Made by a program: the position numbers and the translations under genes. Below the pieces are notes generated by a model. That model was not told the origin of the DNA. It was given only the letters and a program-made list of their open reading frames with translations, and ran no database searches. Below are positions 23,901-35,900 of a DNA stretch of 42,048 bases, in pieces. Every line of letters starts with the position of its first letter. Within the stretch, counting starts at the first letter, position 1. This stretch comes from Lama guanicoe (lineage: Eukaryota), in NCBI GenBank assembly GCA_013239625.1, contig MU053561.1, forward strand, positions 5,940,439 through 5,982,486, read 5' to 3'.

Positions 23901-26900
23901 CAGGTACAGTGGCCCCAGGCTCTGATAGCACTGAGCCTCTCATGCAAAGTTTCCTGGCTCATAAGAGACTCCTCACCTCCACTAGGAATGATTTGAACAA
24001 GTGTCTTGTGTCCATGTTTCATTTTGGGGACTCTGACAGGACCAGGACTGGCTGAGTGGGAGGACCGAGGGGAAATGCACAGGCTGGAGGTCACAGTGTT
24101 TCAACTGTCTGCTTCCCCCCGATGGATGGTAGCCTTCGGGGCGAGACAGCATCCCCCAGGGTTAAAGCACAGAAAGGAAGCTGTGACTGGGCATAGCTTG
24201 TGGGAGCAGAAAGAGCCCTGGGCTTTGCATCAAAGTGGCCAGACTCCAGCCTGAGTGCTGTCTTTCCTGACTGTGAGCGAGTGATTGGATTTTCCTATTT
24301 CAGTGTCTGTTTCCTCTTGTGTAAAATGGGTCAAATAATCTGTTGATGGTGCTGCAGTGATTAATCTGGGAATGTCAATGAAACAGCTCAGAAAAAGGGA
24401 AGCCCTGCACTTTGTAGGGTTGCATTGGGCACTTAATGTTGTCGAACTTGTGTTGGGAAATTTGTTTTACTGGACCCTTCCCATGGGGAGAACTTCCCTT
24501 GGTAACGCTCAGGGGCCATAGGAAGGTCCCATGATGTGGGCAGATGGAGGCATGTGGGACGGGGTTGTTTCCCTCTTTTAGACAAAGCAGGGGCCGTATG
24601 GGAGAGCGGTAAGGGGTGCAGAGCATGTGTCTAGGGAGAAACTAGTGGCCGGATGGATGAAAGGGTTGTATAGGTTGAGATGGCAGGTGGACACTTGTAC
24701 AGTGATATAGGGAACAGAAGACCATTTCAATGTTCGCCCCTTGTCAGGCAGAGGGGTCATGACGGCCATCCAGCAGTTTGGGGTCACGCTGAATGATGGA
24801 TCAGACATCTGGACCAGGCCAATCACTTAAAGACAGTGCCCTAGAACTTCAGCACCGCACTGACACATACGTAGATATTTATGTCCCTGTGGCCATACAA
24901 CCATTAGGATTGCAGTTGGTGAAGTGGGGAAAAGCTGACTGGATATTTCTGAATTTGTTTGCAGAAATTCATGAAGATGAGGAAGATGAACTAGAAGAAA
25001 CACTCACCCCCAGGTAATCATGAAGTCTTAGGAGCCGGTAATGGGTAGGTAAAGTATGGAGAGGGTAGAAGAAAGATGAACACATGAGGGCGAGAGAGTC
25101 TCATGTACCAGATGTGAGAAAAGAAGACCTGCAGAGTGCATTGATTGACTTCAATCCAAGCAACAGGGAAGGGGCCCTTTAACTTGGCTGTCTGTTGTCT
25201 CTGTGGCACTTGTAGGTATGGCCCAAGGTAATGTACCACCTTTAGGGTTCCCTGCACACACAGAGAGGATATGCATACTGTCCTAAATGAACACCAAGAC
25301 GAGATAAAGAACTGTTTGTACACAGTTCTTAGGTGCTTGTTAGGAAGGAGGATAGCAATGGAATCAGTAAAGAAGTAACTCAAAGAATTAACCACCAATA
25401 GAAGTGTCTAGGAAAAATTTTAGTTGCCACATGACACGACTATGAGAAAGGCTTTAGAGGAATTCTGTTCATAAATATAAGACATAATGTCTCTGAGGCT
25501 CTACAGTACCTTAACGCTTATACTCACTTGGCTACATTAACTTAAACTGCATATGATAGAGGCACATGGCAGTAGCACGTGCTGTGGCAGTTCACTGGTG
25601 CTTCATGATCATGAAAGGACCACACTGGGATGTTTGGGTCTCATTTCTCATCCCATGTCAAGTGGCCAGTGTACCGAACAACTACGGCTCTCTCCCTCCC
25701 CCTCCCCCTGACAGCCTCACTCTGCTTCACATACAGAAGGAAACTTACTTCCCTCTTTATGAGGACTGATAAGTTTGCATTTCATGAATAGTTCCTATGC
25801 CCTGCAGCAAAATCAGTACCGACTACATGGTGACAGATGCTGATAGTTGAATTTTCTGTCATTCCTTTCCCACCTGGAACAGCATTGAGCAAGAGGAGTT
25901 GGAGGAGGAGTTGCTCCAAGAGTGCCAGGATGAATGTGTTTTGAATCCCTCAGTTCTCCAAGAAGGATCTGACTGCAACCGGCTAGACGGTGAAGGCAAC
26001 TTGCCAATTGATGAAGAGAAAGTCGGCCGTGCTCTGCATGTAGCTGGTGCTTGCTCCCATGTTGCAGAAGATCAAATTCCAGCTGACCTCCCAGGTATCC
26101 TTTCTAGTTTTGTTCCCCACAAACTGTCAAGACTGAAGAAGGTCTTCACCAAAGGTCGACCTTAGTGACACATATTGGTTTACCCAGAGAAAAGGATGGA
26201 CTGTGAAACACGGATATCATATGTACCAGGGAGCCTTGATCCCTTTCTAGGCCCACTTCATGTATCTGTCACCCTGGATGCAAAATCAGGCCATGGGACC
26301 GAAATCAGGGGTGAGAACCTGTCACCCACCTTGGGTGCACATCCACAGGAAGAGTGTGTCAGAGATAGATTGGGTCAACTGTGTCTTCCAAGCTACTGTG
26401 GTCTAATTATTCTTTTTGGACAGTGGCCCTGGCCTATCTTGGCCTGTCCACACACACTGGTAGCTTTGCCTATATGTTAGGTGAAGTGGTGTCTCTGGTT
26501 TCACTGATCTCCGCTGAAGTCTTCACCTACGTGGTGATGCTTTATCTTAGCTATGTAGCCATCAGAATGCCAGGAAAGAACCAAGTGTCCCTTTACCTTG
26601 CTTGGATGTTCTCATTTAGTAAGGCTGGGCTCTGACATTCCCTCCAGCCTTGAATGCCCATTGTTTCTGTGTAGCCCCAAATTTTCTCTTTGATATGAAT
26701 GTTTGTAGCATTCATCTAGTCTCAAGCAGAGTTCCTCCATAGCATCAGCAACCACATAATCTGATGGGACAAACCAATATTGTAGAAAGAATTCTAGAAG
26801 CAACTCAGCTGGTTTCTAAGACCTTTTGTGAAAATATACTATTAACTCGAAANNNNNNNNNNNNNNNNNNNNNNNNNNNNNNNNNNNNNNNNNNNNNNNN

Positions 26901-29900
26901 NNNNNNNNNNNNNNNNNNNNNNNNNNNNNNNNNNNNNNNNNNNNNNNNNNNNNNNNNNNNNNNNNNNNNNNNNNNNNNNNNNNNNNNNNNNNNNNNNNNN
27001 NNNNNNNNNNNNNNNNNNNNNNNNNNNNNNNNNNNNNNNNNNNNNNNNNNNNNNNNNNNNNNNNNNNNNNNNNNNNNNNNNNNNNNNNNNNNNNNNNNNN
27101 NNNNNNNNNNNNNNNNNNNNNNNNNNNNNNNNNNNNNNNNNNNNNNNNNNNNNNNNNNNNNNNNNNNNNNNNNNNNNNNNNNNNNNNNNNNNNNNNNNNN
27201 NNNNNNNNNNNNNNNNNNNNNNNNNNNNNNNNNNNNNNNNNNNNNNNNNNNNNNNNNNNNNNNNNNNNNNNNNNNNNNNNNNNNNNNNNNNNNNNNNNNN
27301 NNNNNNNNNNNNNNNNNNNNNNNNTCAGTATGGTTATGAATATTTGACTGCAAGTGAAGAAAGCAGGAAAAAAATCAAAATTATATCAAAATATTGAGAT
27401 AATACTCCTTGAAGTTAGAAGTTATGTGTCTGTAATTTCCCCAAAAGCTCTTTTTGCTTAGACACTGCCTGTGTAGTTCAATGCAATGTATGCAAACAGT
27501 GGGAGCCAAGATTTTAGTGCTGTGTGATTGCTGAGCGTCATGCCTGGAGCACACAGAGAGAGTCCAAGTGCCCCTTGAACAGCTGGTTGCATGGCCAGTG
27601 CTCGGAGCACCTGCTGCTGTCTCCCTCTCCCACCCCGTGGTGGCCACACAGTGCTTGACACATAGGAGGATAGTTATTTACCTCTTTAAGGGGATTGCCC
27701 TTTGGCTTTCTGTGTCCAATCCCAACGCCTCCCCTATCAAAACCAGCTAGGACAGCTTGGTGTCTGATCCTCTTAGATTAATTTTCTATCATCCCCTTTC
27801 CACCTGGCACAGCATGGAGCTCGAGGCGTTTGAGAAGGAGGATGTGCTCCAAGAGTCCCAGGATGAATGTGTTTTGAATCCCTCAGTTCTCCAAGAAGGA
27901 CCTGACTGCAACCAGCTAGACAGTGAAGGCAACTTGCCATTTGATGAAGAGAAAGTCAGCCATGCTACGGATGTAGCTGGTGCTTACTCCCATGTTGCAG
28001 AAGATCAAATTCCTACTGACCTCCCAGGTAGCCTTTGTAGTTTTGTTCCCCACACACTGTCTAGACTAAAGAAGGTCTTCACCGAAGGTCGACCTTAGTG
28101 ACATATATTGGTTCAATCCAGAGAAAAGGATGGATTGTGAAACACAGACATCATTTGGGCCAGGGAGCCTTGATCCTTTTCTAGGCCCACTTCATGTATC
28201 TGTCACCCTGGATGCAAAGTCAGGCCATGGGACCAAAATCAGGGGTGAGAACCTGTCACCCACCTTGGGTGGACATCCACAGGAAGAGTCTGTCAGAGAT
28301 AGTTTGGGTCAACTGTGTCTTCCAAGCTACTGTGGTCTAATTATTCTTTTTGGACAGTGGCCCTGGCCTATCTTGGCCTGTCCACACACACTGGTAGCTT
28401 TGCCTATATGTTAGGTGAAGTGGTGTCTCTGGTTTCACTGATCTCCGCTGAAGTCTTCATCTACGTGATGATGCTTAATCTTAGCTATGTAGCCGTCAGA
28501 AAGTCAGGAAAGAACCAAGTGTCCCTTTACCTTGCTTGGATGTTCTCATGTAGTAAGGCTGGGCTCTGACATTCCCTCCAGCCTTGAATGCCCATTGTTT
28601 CTGTGTAGCCCCAAATTTTCTCTTTGATATGAACGTTTGTAGCATTCATCTAGTCTCAAGCAGAGTTCCTCCATAGCATCAGCAACCACATAATCTGATG
28701 GGACAAACCAATATTGTAGAAAGAATTCTAGAAGCAACTCAGCTGGTTTCTTAGATCTTTTGGAAAATATACTATTAACTCGAAATATTCAGCAGATGGG
28801 ATATTAGGAGAAAGCTCAAGCAGATCAGCCAGAGAATTTCCCCCAAGCACTTGGAAGCAGTCCTGTCTAATTCTCCTAAGACTTAAGTGTTCTGAAATAC
28901 TTTTCCTAAAATATTCTGTTGTTTCCCTGAGAATATTAATGTCCTTTTGGTACCTGTGTTCAGTGAGTTGGCGTGTGTGAGGTATGATTTGTTTATTGTG
29001 ACCTGCTGTCTCTGAATTTCTTACCAGAAAATCAGAACGAGTGTGACGAAGCAGCTGGACAAGAGCCAGTGTCTGCCAGGTAATTCTGAAGATTTCCGGG
29101 CTGTTCATGTCAGTGGTGACACCAAAAGACCTCAGATGTGGGAAAAGAGAACGTGCTGAACATGACTCTTTCATCCATTCACTCAACAGCCAACTAGGCA
29201 CCTGAAAAATGTTGTTTCTTTCCATTGTGTCAGTTGTGTGTGTCTGAATTTTTGAATGTCTCAAGTTTAGTCCTGGACCTTAATTTGACCACGGTGCACT
29301 AGCCAGACTTGGGGGTCCCTTAGTCAGCTGCTGCCCCCTCTGTGGATAAAGGCAGTGAAAGATGCACATATGTTTTGAGCCAGTTTGGCCTCAGTATGGT
29401 GATGAGTATTTGACTGCAAGTGAGGAAACATAAAAAAAAAAATCAAAATTGTATCAAAATATTGAGATAATACTCCTTGAAGTTAGAAGTTACATGTCTG
29501 TAATTCCTCCAAAAGCTGTATTTGCTTGAGCACTGTCTGTATTTTTTAACGCAAAGTATGCATAATGTGGGAGCCAAGATTTTAGTCGTCTGTGTTTGCT
29601 GGCCGTCATGCCTGGAGCACACAGGGAGAGTCCAAGTGCCCCTTGAACTGCTGGTTGCATGGTCAGTGCTCGGAGCACCGGCTGCTCTCTCCCTCTCCCA
29701 CCCCACGGTGGCCACACTGTGCATGACACATAGGAGAATAGTTATTTCCCTCTTTAAGGGGACTGCCCCCTGGCTTTTTGTGAACCGTATCTCTGCTTTA
29801 CATCAATATGCTGACTCTGTCTCTAATCGTCTGAGTTTAATTTCCTGTCATCCCTTTCCCACCTGGCACAGCATGGATCTACTGGAGGTTCAGAATGACG

Positions 29901-32900
29901 ACGTGCTCCAGGAGTCCCAGGATGAATGTGTTTTGGCGCCTTCCATTCACCAGGAAGGTTCTGACTGCTATGAGAAGTACAGTGATGGAAAGTTTGCATT
30001 TCCTGAAGAGAAAGTGATATGTGCTCTGGAGGTAGCCTGTGGTTCCTCGCATGTTAAAGCAGATGAAATTGGAGCTGACTTCCCAGGTAGTCTGCATGAT
30101 CTTTGCTCCGCACAATCTGTCTTGTCTCGGAGAATTCCCTTTCATGTGTAGACTATATGCATAAATATTGTTTTGAATCAGGCCCAACAATTCCCTTTAT
30201 TTAATTACTTATTTACTTATTTATTTGCAGTATAGTCAGTTTACAATGTGTCAGTTTTTGGGTTACAGCATAATATTTCAGTCCTACATCTATATACGTA
30301 TATTCCCTTTTACATTCTTTTCCATTGTCGGTTACTACAAGATACTTAAAGTAGTTCCCAGTCCTGTATAGAAGAAATTTGTTGTTTTTCTTTTATATAC
30401 ATAATAGTTAATATTTGCACATCTCAAATTCCCAATTTATCCCTTCCCAACCCCTTTGTCTCCAATAACCATAGTTTCTTTCCTATGTCTGTGAGTTTCT
30501 CTCTGTTTTGTAGAGAACTTCATTAGTGTCTTCTTTCTTTTTTAGATCCCACACGTGCGTGATATCATGTGTTCCTTCTCTTTCTCTTTCTGGCTTACTT
30601 CACTTAGAATGACCATCTCCAGATTCATCCTTGTTGCTGCAAATGGCCCTAATTTTATTCTTTTGTATGGCTCAGTAGTATTCCATTGTATAAATATACC
30701 AGTTTCTTTATCCAGCCATCTGTGGATAGACATTAAGGTTGTTTCCATGTCTTGGCTATTGTATACAGCGCTGCTATTAACATTGGGGTGCGTATGTCTT
30801 TTCAAATTAGACTTCCCTCTGGATGTATGCCCAGGAGTGAGATTCCTGGATCATATGGTAAGTCTCTTTTTCGTTTTTTGAGGAATATCCATACTTTTGT
30901 CTGTAATGTCTGCACCAACTACATGCCCAGCAATAGTGTAGGAGGGTTCCCATTACTCCACACCCTTTCCAGCATTTAGGGTTTATGAACTTTTAATAAA
31001 CTCCATTCTGACTGATGTGAGGTGATACCTCATTGTAATTTTGATTTGCATTCCTCTGGTAGTTAGCAGTATTCAGCATTTTTTCATGTACCTATTGGCC
31101 ATTTGTGTGCCTTCCGTGAAGAATTCCTTTTTAGGTCCTGTGGCCATGTTTGGTTTTTTCTTGTTGTTGTTATTAAGCTGTATATGCTGTTTATATAGTC
31201 TGGAAATAAACCTTTGTCAACTGTATCATGTGCAAATATTTTCTCCCATTCTGTAAGTTGTTGTTTTGTTTTGCTGATGGTTCCCTTTGCTGTGTAAAAA
31301 GCTTTTAAGTTTAATTACATCCCATTTGTTAACTTTTGCTTTTATTTCTATTGCCTGAGTAGACTGCCCCAGGAGAACATTGCTAAGATTTATGTCAAAA
31401 ATGTTTCAGCTATGTTTTCTTCTCGGAGGTTTATCGTGTCTTGTCATATATCTAAGTGATTAAGCCATTGTGAGTTTATTTTTGTTTATAGTGTGATGGA
31501 GTGTCCTCACTTCATTGCTGTATGTGTGGCTGTCCAGTTTCCCCAACACCACTTGCTGAAGAGCCTGTCTTTTCTCCATTGTATGTTCTTGCCTTCTTTG
31601 TTGAAGATGAAGTGACTGTAATTCTGTGGGTTTACTTCTGGGCTCTCTATTCTGTTCCATACAATTACCTTTAAAGTAACACATTCCCTGAGTTCGTAAA
31701 CTTGGCTCAATTCCTAGGCATGTTTGTCGCACTGGCAAATCACTGGACCCATCACGGTCCTGCCAGACTCCCATATAGCTCTCCAATTGTGTCATAGGAA
31801 GTAGCTTTCCGGTCTCCTAATTTTGAATGAATCTCTTATCTTGCATTTAATGCTCTAATTTTCATTCCTAAGCAATGTGCCTGAGATTCTATACCTGTCT
31901 GAGGCTGTTGACAGTTTAGTTTATGTCTTTGGAGATGTCACTCCTTTGGTTGTTTCTGTCAACGCAAGTCTGTCTCCTTCCATTTGTCTTATCTTATCCA
32001 GAGGCTTCTGAAACCAGAACAGAAGCACCAATGCCATCTTTGGTGTGTTTCTCTGAAGCAAGGCAGGGTCCTGGAACACCCAGCCTTATGAATGCCCACT
32101 CTTTCTTGGTGGCACTGAAGAGTGTTTAGACTATGTTTAGATTCTGCTCATCAGTCTAATGTCAATGGAGAATGCATCTACCCTAATAAGAGACAGCATT
32201 TCAGATTGAAAAATCCTGAATATTTGAGCAGCTTTCTAGGAGGTAGCTCGGCAGTCCCTCAGGATCTGTGGGTAAAAGGATGAGGTTACTGTTTGCCTAG
32301 ACTCAGGACATAGTGTGCGGACATCCTGTCATATTATGAAGACATGTCTAGGGTCTCAAGAAGCAAATCCAGTGCCTTCTTATGAGGTTCTATCTACGGC
32401 CTCCTGGAAGATTTCTCCCACAGTACCCTGTTATCACATTGCACACATTGCCAAAGTGCTGATTTTGGCATGGTTTTGCTCATACGTAAATGAGTTTTGC
32501 CCAGTGTGACTGTCCTCTTAATTCATTTACAGAAAACCAAAATGATCAAGATGGGTTGAAAGGAGCAGAGCCAGTTATCTGCAGGTAATTTTGAATATTT
32601 GGTCACTGTTGATGAAATGTGACTTCTGCAGTCCCCTAATCCAGGAAACAGCAGGAATGCAAGCGTATGATCCACTTTGCCAACCAGGAGTATCTTTTTG
32701 GTGATGTTTTCTGCTTACATTTTGATACATATATTGTTTCCTATTTCTCATTAACTTCTCAAGTGTACACCCAATTCAGTTGACCAGGTGATCTATGATA
32801 CAGTGATTTCTGTGCACTCATTTGTTCTCTCTGGTGTCATTTACAGAGTGAGATGCAAATCTGCTTTCGGCCTGTTTTGTCTTAGCATGTTGACATGTGT

Positions 32901-35900
32901 TTCATAGCAAGAAGTGGACACAAACAGTGATATAATAATATCATGCCACCATAAAGAGAGAAAGAGGCCTTAGCGGCATGAGATCTCTGGGACACTAGGG
33001 TGCCCCCAGTAGTATACACTTAATCTCCATGTAGCAGTCAGTGCACCTTAAATGAAAGGGTGAAAACCACTCTTACATGAGTCTATGTTATGGGTCATGA
33101 CTGCAGTATAGAGATAATCAGTCTCTTTCTTCATCAGCTGTTATTTGGCCAGAGCACTGAGCACCCCCTCTCCTTTCTGTCTCCTGCTCCTCAAAAACAC
33201 ACACTCTGTCTCACCAAAAAAGTCAGTTTTTTCTGCTTAAAGGATCACCCTTTGGCTTCCTTCACTGCTCCCTTAAACAGTTCATCTATGCTGAACACTG
33301 GAATTTGACACAACACTGTAAAATGATTATGAATCAATAAAAAATTTTAAAAAAAAAAAGAAACAGTTCATCTAAAGCAGATAGGACTCTAGATTTCTGA
33401 TTGGTATTAGGTTAATCTTCGGTCTCCCTACCCGCCAGGCTCAGCACAGAGCTGCCGCAGATAGTAGAGGATGACATCCCACGGCACTCAGTGGAGGAGT
33501 ACTATTTGACTTACTTAGCTCTTCCTGACCTGTCAGACTCCTTCTGGCCTTATAGGAGCGCCGCCATCTACTCATTTGAGGGATTGGAACTCTCTTATGC
33601 TCGGGATGTAACCAGTGAGTACTCTCTTATCGATGTGATAAACCTCCAACTGCACTGCCAGGTAGAGCTGGTGTCTTTTGCGCTTCACACCTCTGGCGGT
33701 GCCGAGCTATGGCGTCCCTGTGGGCAGACCCTATACATTTATATTGAGAAGGTTTAGGTTCTAGAATTCAGTTTTAAGCACAGACATCATGCGGGCCAGG
33801 GAACTGTGCTCTCTATCCCAGGTCAAGCCTATGTGTTGGGTCCCAAGATAGGTCACTGAACCGAAGGCAAGTGTGACAATGTCACTCACCTCTGTGCAGT
33901 TGTACAGAGGTGTCTTTTTTCATGATTCCCATCAAATGTCTTTTCTACTTATAAGGTTCTCATGTTCATACCCCTAAAATATCCCTGGAATTTCTTTCCT
34001 TCAAAAGATGTTGACAGTGTTAACTACACCTCTGGATTTGTTGTTTCCCTGGGGTCACTGCTGTCATCCCCAGTGTCCGTCTCCTCTAAGTGGAGGAGCC
34101 ACCTGAACACCAGGACACAAACATCCCTACTATCACCTTGCATGTATCTTTCCATGAAGTGCGGCTGACCCCAGCATTTCCCCACTCCATGAAGGGCTGA
34201 TGGTTCTGTTTAGCACAAAGCTCATTTTCATGCTAGGGTTTGTAGATTCCAACCATTATTTTGTTTTCAGTGTATAAAGTCTGCTAAACCAGCCAGCATA
34301 CGGTGAGGGAAGGCTGAATATTACAGTATTCTTTTTAGAATGCAGATGGGCTATTCCACAGACTATGTGGGGAAAAGATACATTTCACTCCTGACTCAGA
34401 CCTGGAAAAGGTGATTGTTGTGAGGAGATACTGCCCAGGGGTCAAGAAAGCAAACCCAGGCAGGTCCAGAAGACGCAACGTGAGGTCTCCAGGGAATATT
34501 ATTCTTACAGTATCCTCCTGTGCCACTGGTGATACTTTTTTCCCCGGGATAGTATTGGATACCTAACTATTGACATATGTAGGGGGATCTGCTTAATGTT
34601 TCTTGCCCTGTCTGAATTGATCCATAGAAAATCATCCTGTTGTTGAGGAAGAAGAGGAACAAGACCATATATATTCCAGGTAATTCTGAAGACTCAGGGG
34701 TCTTTTGTTTTCTTTCTGCTATCTATCTGTCTGTCTGTCTATCTATCTATCTGTCTATCTATCTGTCATCTATTTATTTATGTATTTCAAAGTATAGTCA
34801 GTTTACAATGTTGTGTCAATTTCTGGTCTACAGCATAATGAAGAATCATGGCTCTTAATTTAATGTTGATGTATGGTGAGGTCAGATCCAGGGAAATGAG
34901 AAACTGCTGAATATGCCTAATTCTTCCATTCAGACAACCACAGTGTGTCCCTTTAACAATGCTGTCTATGTTAACTGTACGTTTATAAGCCCCTTTGATA
35001 ATCTCTCTCCAATGGAGTAACTGCATTCAGTTGATGCAGGGGTGCTAACCTGTCCGGGATTTCTCGGACTCTCCTTCTCTGTTTTTATTATAAGCAGCAT
35101 AGGATGCATTTCTGCCTTTCACTCTTTGTTCTTAGCACTGACAAGTATTTCATAACAAGAAAACTACTTAGAAAACCAAAATTCATATCACATCTCAGTG
35201 GTAGAGAAAAGGCATTGGAGACACAGGATTATGCTGCCAGAGTCTTGTTCCCTCAGCTGTTGCATGTAAATTTCAACAAAACTCATGCAAGAGTTGAAGC
35301 CTCCCTTGTAGTTTCTGAGTGTGTGTCCTGACTAATGTGTACTGAGGTGGTTCCGTCTCCTTCGTCCTGAGCTCTTTTTCTGGTCAGTGCTGGGACCACC
35401 TCCTGCTCTGTCTGTCTCCTATTTCCATTGTAAGCACACTCTGGCCCCAGATGGAGGAAGATTGTTATATCTCGCTTTGTGGAGAATGTCCATTTGTTTT
35501 CTGCGACCAGTCCCTTAACACTCCCATCAAACCCAGCTAGGACCCTGTGTTCGCTCATCCGTTTTGTTTAATCCTCAGTGCACCTGACCCCAGAAGGCTC
35601 AGTAGTGAGCAGCCGGTGGTAGAAGAGAATGAAGGCCCACAGGACTCACTGGATGAATGTTATTTGACCAGTTCGGTTGGCCATGACCTGTCAGACTCCT
35701 GTAGGCCTGACAGAGGTGCCTCATTCCCATGGGACCAACAGGGAGTCTTCTCAGCGCTTGCTGTAGATGGTGAGTACTCCCCCGAATAGAGCACACGGCT
35801 CCTAGTGGGTCCCCAGTTATCCTCACAGACTTTGTAGCCAATGAACTGTATACACTACGAGAGTGATTTCTGTAAACAGGCCCTGAGACTTGTGTTCTTT

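Larger units (their letters stand above)
25850..30120 (+). repeat. Tandem ~2.06-kb Olduvai exon-doublet duplication
   Basis: 26095-26852 matches 28028-28785 and 27325-27812 matches 29391-29871; exon-to-exon period 2059 nt for the ungapped unit. Confidence 0.9.

Noticed and set aside
26764..27353. 191-aa and 182-aa ORFs
   Set aside because: Artefacts of translating the N gap
26175..28737. Paired near-identical ORFs (e.g. MSSKLLWSNY...)
   Set aside because: Intronic sequence duplicated with the tandem unit
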